Shown here: in pieces, positions 53,962 to 62,807 of the stretch
How the letters are laid out: every line of letters begins with the position of its first letter
How positions within the stretch are numbered: position 1 is the first letter of the stretch
From: an uncultured virus (IMG/VR IMGVR_UViG_3300031998_000055)
Taxonomy: Duplodnaviria > Heunggongvirae > Uroviricota > Caudoviricetes
Strand: one strand, 5' to 3'
Length of the DNA: 64,000 nt
Virus record (IMG/VR): IMGVR_UViG_3300031998_000055
The notes under the pieces: model-generated
What the model saw: only the letters and a program-made list of their open reading frames with translations
What the model was told of the DNA's origin: nothing
The model's database searches: none
Program-made: the position numbers and the translations under genes

Positions 53962-55524
53962 ATGTCTTGCTGTATAGCCACTATCATCAAAAATGAGCAT
54001 TTGTATTTAGAGGAGTGGCTGTCATACCATCTAAATCTGGGCATTGAGCATATTTTTCTCTTTGAGGACCTTGATAGCTTATCTCATCAGGATATAATAT
54101 CAAAATATGCGGATAAAGTATCATTATATCGTTTTGTCGATATGCTTCCCGATTATATATTTAAAAGAGTTACGGATCTCAAAACGACTAAAAGAGACAA
54201 TCCTCAGAACAGGTATTTCCCTTTCGCATTGTCTTTTCTGAAAAAATCTTTTTTATATGATTGGTGTTTTACGATAGACGTTGATGAGTTTATCACTTTG
54301 GGGAAGGAGGGCGATCTCAACGCCCTCCTTTCCTCTTATGCAGATTATGATGCAGTTCTTCTCGAATGGAAATGTTATGGGGCAAATGGCTTTTTGAAAA
54401 CACCGGATTACAGCAGACAAGGGGTTCTCGATGTTTTTACGGAACCGATCAAAGGTTTTGTTCCAGGTCCTTACCCCGATAGTTTCTGTAAGAAGTTGGT
54501 TTTCAATATGCATAAATATAATCCAGGTTTTTGGGATAATGTCCATCAACCGAGCGATAAATGCAATTTTTGCAATACGGAATTTGTCCGAGACAGGAAA
54601 GCCCATACTTTTTCTCGAATATATATAAGACATTATATTACAAGGTCTTGGGAAGAATATGTTTGGAAAAAGAAAACTCGTGGCTATTTTATGGGGTTCA
54701 GGCGTACTTATGATGCTTTTTTTGATATTAATCCCGACTTGCTTCCCTATAAAGACATTCTTTTGTCTGAAGTCACAGAGGAATTGTTGGTATTGCTTCC
54801 ATATGTTTCTCTTAGGGCGCAAGGGAATGAAATCCAGTTGGCATTGCGCGCCTGGAAAAAATTTTGCACGTCGAAATATCATTTTGTCGTCATAGGGGAT
54901 TGCCCTTCCGACCTCATTTCCGAATTTGGAGATTGGGTTGAGTTTATTCCATTGGAGAAGATCCCTAAACATGAAGGGCAATACAATCCTCATTTGGATA
55001 TACAGCATAAAATGGAGGAAGCTTATCGCCTATTTAAAGACAAATACAATGGTTTCGTATGGATGGTGGATGATAATTATGCCATCAAACCCTTTTGTTT
55101 GGCAGAAATACTGTCCATACATAGCCATGCTTCCGATTTCACGGGAGAGAAGGAAGCCCCAACGTATTTCTGGAAACATGATAAATGGAAGACTCGCCAA
55201 TTGTTAGAGAAAGAAAGATTCTCGCATATAAACTATACAACTCATTTCCCTTGTTATTTTGAGTTTGAGAAACTGAAGGAATTATGGGATAAATACGATA
55301 TGAGGAATAATAGTTTTGTGATAGAGGATATCTATTTTAATTCTTTTCGGCATGAAGTCCCCATTCCTGATGATAAAATCAGATTCGGCGTTTGGAGTAA
55401 AAAGGGATTTGACGAAGAACTCTCTGCAGCCATCGCCGATCCCAACATCAAGTTCATATGCAACAGCGTCGAGGGCTGGAGCCCTGAGCTGGAGCGGATC
55501 TTGGAAAGGATTATCTATGGATAG
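53962..55524 (+). CDS. two-domain glycosyltransferase-like protein
   Basis: IIKNEHLYLEEWLSYH, DVDEF and HYITRS in the N-domain; second domain EIQLALR...VIGD...MVDD...NYTTHFP. Confidence 0.75.
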   Translation: MSCCIATIIKNEHLYLEEWLSYHLNLGIEHIFLFEDLDSLSHQDIISKYADKVSLYRFVDMLPDYIFKRVTDLKTTKRDNPQNRYFPFALSFLKKSFLYDWCFTIDVDEFITLGKEGDLNALLSSYADYDAVLLEWKCYGANGFLKTPDYSRQGVLDVFTEPIKGFVPGPYPDSFCKKLVFNMHKYNPGFWDNVHQPSDKCNFCNTEFVRDRKAHTFSRIYIRHYITRSWEEYVWKKKTRGYFMGFRRTYDAFFDINPDLLPYKDILLSEVTEELLVLLPYVSLRAQGNEIQLALRAWKKFCTSKYHFVVIGDCPSDLISEFGDWVEFIPLEKIPKHEGQYNPHLDIQHKMEEAYRLFKDKYNGFVWMVDDNYAIKPFCLAEILSIHSHASDFTGEKEAPTYFWKHDKWKTRQLLEKERFSHINYTTHFPCYFEFEKLKELWDKYDMRNNSFVIEDIYFNSFRHEVPIPDDKIRFGVWSKKGFDEELSAAIADPNIKFICNSVEGWSPELERILERIIYG

Positions 55525-56296
55525 AAAGATCTTGATCGTCGGATACGGCGTGGTTGGCCACAACCTCGCCGAAGAGCTCCGCGCTTTGGAGCCTTGGGTA
55601 TACGACAAATACAAAGATATAGATGAAGGAGAGGGCAGGAGGGTGCTCTATGATTTCGTTTACCCCTCGTTTGAGGCGGATATCGCATTCATATGCGTCG
55701 ACACCCCCCGCACCCCCGCCGCCGCGTGCGACCTGAGCGCCGTGCGCGACGTCCTGTCCACGGCGAAGGCCAAGGTCTTCGTGCTCAAATCCACCGTCCT
55801 CCCTGAGACCACCGAGGCGCTCCGCGCCGAATTCCCGGGCAAGAGGATCGTGTTCAGCCCCGAATACTACGGCGGGACGCAGCACTGCAACAACTTCGAC
55901 TTCGACTTCACCATCCTGGGGGGAGACAAGGATGACTGCGCTTATGTGCAGCAGGCCCTTCAGGAATGCTACGACGCGCGCCACCGCTTCGTGATGGCCG
56001 ACCCGACGACCGCCGAGCTGGCCAAATACATGGAGAACGCATGGCTCGCGACGAAGGTCTCCTTCTGCAATCAGTTCGCCAGGCTGGCCGGCAAGGCCGG
56101 GGTGCGCTACGAGGAGCTCAGGGAGCTCTTCATCCTCGACCCCCGGGTCAACCCGTCCCATACGTTCGTCTACGACGACCATCCGTATTGGGACAGCCAC
56201 TGCCTCAACAAGGACGTCCCCGCCATCGCCGAATGGGGCGACGCGGACCTCCTCAAGGCGGTGATCGCGTTCAATGAGGCCTGCAAGGGCGAATGA
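55517..56296 (+). CDS. UDP-glucose/GDP-mannose dehydrogenase-like protein (short form)
   Basis: GYGVVG, FICVDTP, LKSTV, FSPEY, AELAKYMEN...KVSFCN and CLNKD. Confidence 0.85.
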   Translation: MDRKILIVGYGVVGHNLAEELRALEPWVYDKYKDIDEGEGRRVLYDFVYPSFEADIAFICVDTPRTPAAACDLSAVRDVLSTAKAKVFVLKSTVLPETTEALRAEFPGKRIVFSPEYYGGTQHCNNFDFDFTILGGDKDDCAYVQQALQECYDARHRFVMADPTTAELAKYMENAWLATKVSFCNQFARLAGKAGVRYEELRELFILDPRVNPSHTFVYDDHPYWDSHCLNKDVPAIAEWGDADLLKAVIAFNEACKGE

Positions 56297-56447
56297 AAGA
56301 CGCCTTTCATTCGCTCTCGCGCCTTTTTTAATTATGATATTTGATTTTTGGCTTTTGCCTTTTCCGCCTGATTTCAGGCAGCTTCCCTATCTCGACGGGA
56401 AGCACAGTCGAGAAAGGGAAGCCTTCTAAACAGGAGGTTGCTATTAC

Positions 56448-56819
56448 ATGAAGCAATTCTGCATCACGCCCTTCTTCAAGAACGGCGTACACGTCATCGG
56501 CCAGCGCACCGTCAAGGTCGTGGTCCCCGAAGACGAAAGTCAGGTTTTCAATAACCAAACCTATTCCGATCTCACCATCGAGGTCAAGGGAACCGCCGGA
56601 AGCTCCGCGTTCCCGGTCAAGCTGATGGGGAGCATCGACACCGAGAGCGACCCGACGTACTTCGAGATGGTGGGCATCAACCTCACCGATTTCTCCTCCG
56701 CGCTGACCATAACCAAGCCCGGCATCTATTCGTACGCGGTCTCCGGCATGGCCCATCTCAAGGTCTCCGTCGCCGCCGCAGGCAGCGACCTGACCATCAC
56801 CGGCAAGTTCGTGGAGTAA
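56448..56819 (+). CDS. beta-rich structural hypothetical protein
   Basis: 123 aa with AGGAGG RBS. Confidence 0.65.
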   Translation: MKQFCITPFFKNGVHVIGQRTVKVVVPEDESQVFNNQTYSDLTIEVKGTAGSSAFPVKLMGSIDTESDPTYFEMVGINLTDFSSALTITKPGIYSYAVSGMAHLKVSVAAAGSDLTITGKFVE

Positions 56820-56824
56820 GAACC

Positions 56825-57691
56825 ATGGCCATTGACATAATCGCAAGGGGCATAGCGGCCGGGAAGGCCGATTTGGACGGCGGCAAGGTCCCCGCGTCCG
56901 AATTGCCCAGCTACGTTGATGACATCGAGGAGTACGAGGACCTCGCCCATTTCCCCGCCGAAGGCGAGGAGGGCAAGATCTACGTCGACCTTTCCGATGG
57001 GTACACATACCGCTGGAGCGGCACCGAATACGTCAAGGTCGGCATGACCGACGTCGACGATCAGATGTCGGATACCTCCACCAACCCCGTCCAGAACAGG
57101 GTCATCTCCGAAGCCTTCGAGAACATCAAGACCTACAGGGGCTTCAAGCCCGAATGGCCGACCACCACGACCCTGCTCGCTCTGCTCCAGGCAGTCGACT
57201 CGGATCCCGACGCGAAGGTCGGCATGGCCTTCCTCGGCGAGGTGAGCTGCTCCGGCATGCCGTTCTCCGGCAACGGCGAGCTCACCATCAACGTCATGAA
57301 CCAGTCCGGATCCCATAAGATCCTCTGGGTGCAGATGTCGAGCTCCAACGTCGCCCCATACCATTGGGAGGCCACCTATTGGAACGCCGCCCTCACCGAT
57401 TGGCGCTCCTACATGCCGACCTCCATGATCGGCGTGATCCAGATCTCCGACGCCAGCGCGACGTCCGGCACCTTCAACCAGACCGAGATGGCGGAGGTCT
57501 CGAAGCCTTTGAGCTTCATCTCCCGTGGATACGAGACGTTCGTCCGCTCCGATATGGATGCGAACACCGCCACCTACAAATCGCTTAACATACAGGCGAT
57601 CGCTCAGGTGGTCAACGACTCTCTTCCGGTCAATCCCGGCAAGATCACCGTCACCAGGCAGACCGGCGCCTGGGCATACAGCGCCTCGTGA
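56825..57691 (+). CDS. virion structural/fiber-associated protein
   Basis: Second copy of the KADL..GKVPAS.LPSYVDD module; VDDQMSDTSTNPVQNRVI fiber motif. Confidence 0.7.
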   Translation: MAIDIIARGIAAGKADLDGGKVPASELPSYVDDIEEYEDLAHFPAEGEEGKIYVDLSDGYTYRWSGTEYVKVGMTDVDDQMSDTSTNPVQNRVISEAFENIKTYRGFKPEWPTTTTLLALLQAVDSDPDAKVGMAFLGEVSCSGMPFSGNGELTINVMNQSGSHKILWVQMSSSNVAPYHWEATYWNAALTDWRSYMPTSMIGVIQISDASATSGTFNQTEMAEVSKPLSFISRGYETFVRSDMDANTATYKSLNIQAIAQVVNDSLPVNPGKITVTRQTGAWAYSAS

Positions 57692-57728
57692 TCCAAAGCG
57701 AGCGTAAGCAAAAGGAGGAAACAATCCT

Positions 57729-58094
57729 ATGATACCTTTCATTATTCTCTTGAGCGCGCCCGAGACCCCGATAGAATGGGTTTCGCTGATCGCCGCCTGC
57801 GTTGTGGCGCTGGCGATCGTCGGCTACGCCATCTACATCACCATCAAAATGATCAAAGAAGGGAAATTCGGCCAACTCAAGGACGCCATCATCAAAGCCA
57901 TCAAAGAGGCAGAGAAAACGCATGGAAGCTCCGAGGACAAGCTCAAATACGCATTGGCGGCCGTCAAAGCGTATTGCGGCGAGATCGGCATCAAGGTGGA
58001 CGACAAGCTTTTGGCTTGGGTCACCGAATACATCGAAAAATACATCCTGGATCACAATGAGCTCGAGGAAATCGAAGAGCAGGAGGGAAAATAA
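57729..58094 (+). CDS. holin-like membrane protein
   Basis: N-terminal TM; AIKEAEK...EDKLKYAL pattern. Confidence 0.65.
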   Translation: MIPFIILLSAPETPIEWVSLIAACVVALAIVGYAIYITIKMIKEGKFGQLKDAIIKAIKEAEKTHGSSEDKLKYALAAVKAYCGEIGIKVDDKLLAWVTEYIEKYILDHNELEEIEEQEGK

Positions 58095-58096
58095 CC

Positions 58097-58312
58097 ATGA
58101 CCTTGAAAGAATTGCAGGCCAAAAACGAGGAATACCGCCGCAGATTGGCCTTAGAGAAAAAGAGGGAAGAGGAAGAGCTCGCCCAGAAGCAACCTGAAAA
58201 ACCTGCCAAGAAGCCTTCCAAGAGGAAATACCTCGTCATCGACGACGAAGCCCCGAAGGAAGAGGAAAAGAAGCCTGAGCCGGCCGAGCCGGCTGAGGAG
58301 GAGGCCGAATAG
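58097..58312 (+). CDS. small charged protein
   Basis: 71-aa Lys/Glu-rich ORF. Confidence 0.55.
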   Translation: MTLKELQAKNEEYRRRLALEKKREEEELAQKQPEKPAKKPSKRKYLVIDDEAPKEEEKKPEPAEPAEEEAE

Positions 58313-58330
58313 GCCTCGGGGCGGTGATAT

Positions 58331-59167
58331 ATGGGCAAGAACCGTGGCAACGCGGCGGCCCAGCTCGTCGATCTGGTCAAATCGATCATCAGGGATGAGG
58401 AATCGAAGCGGGACCAGATCATAGTCGGGACCGTCCTGACGAGGAACAAGTCCGACGACACCTACGACATCTACATCGACACCGATGCGAATGCCTCGGG
58501 CAGACAAGCGCTCATGAAAGGCATACCGAATGAGTCCAAGCACACCTATTCGCGCGGGGACCACGTCTACGTGCTGAAGGTGCGCGGCCAGCTGTCCCAG
58601 GGGTTCATCATCGGGTCGGTGGGGTCGGTCGGGGTATCCCTCAACGCCAAAGTCGAGGACCTCGCCGAGCAGGTGTCCAGCCTGAAGACCGTCGTCGGCC
58701 CCGCGATGCAGACCACGTCGCCGAACCCGACGGTCATGCCGATACCATATACTATGGAGGTCGATGGCATCGAGAAAGATATTTTCGCATATGAGATATC
58801 ATGGAATGGGGATAACCTCCCAGCGAATCTCCACGTTTTTTCATATCTCATGATAAATCATGAATCTTCGTATACAAACGGGAATCTTAGTATTGATTTT
58901 TCTCCGGAGCACGATACGGATGGTGAACTTTATCCGAATATCCGCATCGTCGGCGCAGCCGATATTTTTCCGTCTTCCGATCCAACGAAATTAACCGTTG
59001 TATATGCGGATATCAGGCCAGGGAATACAAGGCAAACGCTACGTATTGCGTTCACGAACGGATCGAATCCGATACCGGTTTCCAAGGTTGAGGTTATTCA
59101 ACCGCTTAGGATCTCCACACCGCGTGGCTTTACGGTCATGGGAAGGGGCTATACCCCGATATATTAA
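58331..59167 (+). CDS. hypothetical protein (possibly tail/baseplate-related)
   Basis: OB-like N-terminus (IPNES...GDHVYVL); AT-richer C-terminal half. Confidence 0.55.
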   Translation: MGKNRGNAAAQLVDLVKSIIRDEESKRDQIIVGTVLTRNKSDDTYDIYIDTDANASGRQALMKGIPNESKHTYSRGDHVYVLKVRGQLSQGFIIGSVGSVGVSLNAKVEDLAEQVSSLKTVVGPAMQTTSPNPTVMPIPYTMEVDGIEKDIFAYEISWNGDNLPANLHVFSYLMINHESSYTNGNLSIDFSPEHDTDGELYPNIRIVGAADIFPSSDPTKLTVVYADIRPGNTRQTLRIAFTNGSNPIPVSKVEVIQPLRISTPRGFTVMGRGYTPIY

Positions 59168-59253
59168 TGTACAATATATTGAACAAAAAGGGGGTGTTTT
59201 GTCTATTATATTAGACATTACGCCCCCTCGGAAAGCAAAAGGAGGCTTCGAAT

Positions 59254-59940
59254 ATGGAGGCAAAATTCAGGAAAAAACTATCCGAATACGATTACCTGGT
59301 CATCTTCGACCTGGCTACTCGCTCCACGGGCGCGTGCGTATGGGATCTCAGGAAGGGCGAGCCCCTTTATACCGAGAACCTTATCACCACCGGCAAGACG
59401 GGCAACCGCGCCAGGGAGCTCTGGGACGCTTTGGATCGTTTCTTCGTGCATCTTGCATGCAAATTCGGGCTCGTCTATTCCTCTAAGATCTTGGTGCACA
59501 GGGAGCTGTGCCCGATACAGCAGGGGAAATTCACGACGGCCAAAACGCTCATCTCCTTGGGCAAGTCGCACGCCGTCCTCGACCTTTATCTCGAGGAGAG
59601 GGCGATCGACTACTACGACCTGGAAGGGATATCCCCCTCCACCGCCCACGCGTACTTCCGGCGCCTCGCCGGGCTTGACGCCAGGGACAAGGTCGAGAAG
59701 GAGGACATCCGCGACTACCTGGTCCGGGAATACGGGATAGACCCGTCGACCGGCCTGGACGAGACGGACGCGATCTTCCTCGCGAAGACGTTCGTCGACG
59801 TGTTCTGGGACAAGCAGATAGACGAGGAGATCAAGGAAAGGAGGAAGCACCGCAAGGGGCTTAAGGCCCCCGCTGCCATCGCGGCGGTCGACGCCGAGAT
59901 AGAGAGGCTGCGCTCCCTCAAGAGGCAGAAGGAGGATTGA
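59254..59940 (+). CDS. RuvC-like Holliday junction resolvase/nuclease
   Basis: IFDLATRSTG...E...DETDAI acidic triad. Confidence 0.75.
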   Translation: MEAKFRKKLSEYDYLVIFDLATRSTGACVWDLRKGEPLYTENLITTGKTGNRARELWDALDRFFVHLACKFGLVYSSKILVHRELCPIQQGKFTTAKTLISLGKSHAVLDLYLEERAIDYYDLEGISPSTAHAYFRRLAGLDARDKVEKEDIRDYLVREYGIDPSTGLDETDAIFLAKTFVDVFWDKQIDEEIKERRKHRKGLKAPAAIAAVDAEIERLRSLKRQKED

Positions 59941-59941
59941 A

Positions 59942-60982
59942 ATGGGAAGAAAGACAGTATACAATTCCAACATAACCCGCGAATGGTACGGCTACGACGA
60001 CGAGAACGGCAACCACATAGAGGTATCGCCCGAGAACAAAGACCTCGTCGAGAGGTACATATCCTCCTGCAAGGCCAATGACAGGGCGCCCCAGACCATC
60101 GATCAGTACAAATCATGGCTCATGGTGTTCTTCTCGTGGAACTGCCGTGAGAACGGGAACAGGTTCTTCATCGACCTGGACGTCACGGACTTCATGTCCT
60201 ACATAGGATGGCTCCGCGACCTCGACGTCAGCCCCAGGCGCATCGCCACGCTGAAGTCGGTCCTGAGCTCCATGTCCAAGATGATACAGCGCACGTACCG
60301 CGCGAAATACCCGAACTTCCGCAACCAGGTGCAGGACCTTGAGGCCGTGCACATAGAGAATATTCGCGAGAAGACCGTCTTCTCCACGGAGAGGGTGGAC
60401 GAGATACTGGCCGACCTCGTCGCCAAGGAAGATTACCAGGCCGCATGCTATCTGGCCCTTGTGTGCGCTTCGGGCGCCAGAAAGGCCGAATTGCTGCAGA
60501 TGAAGGCCGATTGGTTCGGCGATACCGGCAAGACCGTGTTCAACGGATACATGTACCTGACCCCGAAGATCAGGACGAAAGGACGCGGCAAGCGCGGCAA
60601 GATGATCGGCAAATACGTCATCAAGCCGATGTTCGACAAATACTATGACCTATGGATGGCCGAGCGCAAGCGCCTCGGCGTCGATTGCGAATACCTGTTC
60701 GTCAGGAAATTCGGCGGCGTTTGGGAGCAGGCGCAGATCAGCACCGCCAATGCGTTCGCCGATAGGATATCCAAGAACTCCGGAGAGGATTTCTACGCCC
60801 ATTCGGGCAGGCATTATTTCTGCACGATGCTGAAGTCGATGAACCTCCCGGACGACGTCATCATGGAGATCTTCGGATGGAGCTCCAACATGATCTCGGT
60901 ATACGACGACACGCCGGCCGAGAAGAGGCTTCAGAAGTTCTTCGAGAACTTCGGGGCAGAAGGCCCTAAGGCCGATGAATGA
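59942..60982 (+). CDS. tyrosine recombinase (SPbeta YomM-like position)
   Basis: SGARKAE, KG, AHSGRH, FGW and VYD catalytic signature. Confidence 0.88.
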   Translation: MGRKTVYNSNITREWYGYDDENGNHIEVSPENKDLVERYISSCKANDRAPQTIDQYKSWLMVFFSWNCRENGNRFFIDLDVTDFMSYIGWLRDLDVSPRRIATLKSVLSSMSKMIQRTYRAKYPNFRNQVQDLEAVHIENIREKTVFSTERVDEILADLVAKEDYQAACYLALVCASGARKAELLQMKADWFGDTGKTVFNGYMYLTPKIRTKGRGKRGKMIGKYVIKPMFDKYYDLWMAERKRLGVDCEYLFVRKFGGVWEQAQISTANAFADRISKNSGEDFYAHSGRHYFCTMLKSMNLPDDVIMEIFGWSSNMISVYDDTPAEKRLQKFFENFGAEGPKADE

Positions 60983-61002
60983 AGCAAAAGGAGGCAATAG
61001 AT

Positions 61003-61710
61003 ATGCAAAACATAGAAGGAAGCCAGGTTTCCCTGAGCGAGTTGCTCGAGAAATGCCTTTCGTTCAGGCAGAAGCCTGACGAGGATATATACAAGGAGAT
61101 AGAGAAGACCATCGCGTCGCTCAACGTGCGCGAGAGGCTTTCCCTCGCCGAGAAAGGATTGGCCGTCATGGCCGTCCTCGGCAGGATAGAGGACAACACG
61201 AGCGCGCTTGAATGCGCGTTCGAGCTCACTGCGGGGTTCTTCTTCAAGGCGACGCTTTCCTACGTCACCAACCTCAAGGTCGATATCCCCGTATCGCTTA
61301 TGTCGATCGAGATGTACGACGTCCTCGTCACGTTCGGATTAGAGGACCATATCCTCAAATTCTGCGAGAAGGACCATGCGGCCCTCAGGAAGATGCTGGA
61401 CGATGCAGTCAACTTCTCCAACGTGTTCAGGCTCGTCAATGCGACGAAGCTCATCTCCGGCGAGAATATCGCCGAGCTCGACAAGGTCCTCAAGAGCATC
61501 AAGGACAATCTGACCCTTGACAAGATCCGCGAGCTAAAAGGCATATTGGCCAATACCGATCCGGCTTGGACCTCCCTCAAGGAGACCCTCGGGGAAGAAG
61601 CGGCCTATGCCTCCACCATCAATGAAGTCGAGGAATTCGCCGAGACCTTCGAAGAGAAACCGGAAGAAAAACCCGAGGAGGCGAAACCCGATGGAACAGG
61701 CGGAGAATAA
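61003..61710 (+). CDS. hypothetical protein
   Basis: Start refined to MQNIEG after AAAAGGAGG. Confidence 0.65.
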   Translation: MQNIEGSQVSLSELLEKCLSFRQKPDEDIYKEIEKTIASLNVRERLSLAEKGLAVMAVLGRIEDNTSALECAFELTAGFFFKATLSYVTNLKVDIPVSLMSIEMYDVLVTFGLEDHILKFCEKDHAALRKMLDDAVNFSNVFRLVNATKLISGENIAELDKVLKSIKDNLTLDKIRELKGILANTDPAWTSLKETLGEEAAYASTINEVEEFAETFEEKPEEKPEEAKPDGTGGE

Positions 61711-62575
61711 GAAGACCTACTTCGTCATGAGCGATATCCACAGCTATTACACGGCGATGATGGAAGCGCTTGATGAAGCGGGCTATGACAAAAACAATGA
61801 GAACCACGTTTTCATCCTGGTGGGGGATCTCTTCGATCGGGGGGATGAGACCCTGCAGGTCTACGACTTCGTGAGGTCCATCCCGAAGGAGCGCAGGATC
61901 CTGGTAAGGGGGAACCATGAGCTCCTCCTGCGCGATTGCTATAGGCACGGATCATACCGTCTCTATGACGAATCGAACGGCACCGCGATGACGCTGTGCC
62001 ATTTCTGCGGCTTCGACCCCGATTTCAGGGCCAAGGCCTACAGATCCATGAATTCCATGGAATACGAGGATTGGAAGAGGATGTACGAACGCAAATGGGA
62101 CGAATACCTCACCAAGCCATTCAAATGCGAGAAGACCGAGGATGTCATATCCTGGATATTCGATTCCGGGGAATGGGTCAATTTCTTCGAGCTGGGGAAA
62201 TTCCTGTTCGTGCATTCCTGGGTCCCGGTTGAGGACTACTTCGATCAGGACTACAAGCAGCACGAGAGGCCCAAGAAGAATTGGCGCCAAGCCTCCGACG
62301 AGGAGTGGGGCAAAGCGATGTGGGGCTGCCCATGGCAGCATTACCTCGCGAAGTCCATGCCCAGAGGCAAGACGATAGTCTGCGGCCACTGGCATGTCCA
62401 GGATTTCCACACCCATCTGGGCCATGATATAGACGGATACAAGAACAGAGAGATCTATTTCAGTGATCGTCTGATAGCCTTGGACGCCATGACGGCGAAG
62501 GAGCCGCACGTGTGCAATGTCCTTGTCATCGACGGCGATACGTGCTATGATAAGCACCATCGGGCTTTGAATTAG
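61691..62575 (+). CDS. calcineurin-like metallophosphoesterase
   Basis: SDIHS, GDLFDRG, RGNHE, FVH and CGHWH. Confidence 0.9.
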   Translation: MEQAENKKTYFVMSDIHSYYTAMMEALDEAGYDKNNENHVFILVGDLFDRGDETLQVYDFVRSIPKERRILVRGNHELLLRDCYRHGSYRLYDESNGTAMTLCHFCGFDPDFRAKAYRSMNSMEYEDWKRMYERKWDEYLTKPFKCEKTEDVISWIFDSGEWVNFFELGKFLFVHSWVPVEDYFDQDYKQHERPKKNWRQASDEEWGKAMWGCPWQHYLAKSMPRGKTIVCGHWHVQDFHTHLGHDIDGYKNREIYFSDRLIALDAMTAKEPHVCNVLVIDGDTCYDKHHRALN

Positions 62576-62600
62576 GCCTAGAAAGGAGGACTATCCTTAT

Positions 62601-62807
62601 ATGGAAGTTATATTCTATTCCACCCACTGCCCCCAATGCCGTGGGCTAGAGATGCAATTGAAAGCGAAGAAAGTGGAATACACGGAATGTGACGATCGGC
62701 AGGAAATGCTGCGCCTGGGTCTGCAATCAGCCCCCGCGCTTTCCGTCGACGGGAAGATCATGAATTACGCCGAGTCCCTGCAGTGGCTCAGGGGGCTGGG
62801 CAAATGA
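62601..62807 (+). CDS. nrdH: glutaredoxin-like protein
   Basis: YSTHCPQC...SAPALSVDG. Confidence 0.8.
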   Translation: MEVIFYSTHCPQCRGLEMQLKAKKVEYTECDDRQEMLRLGLQSAPALSVDGKIMNYAESLQWLRGLGK

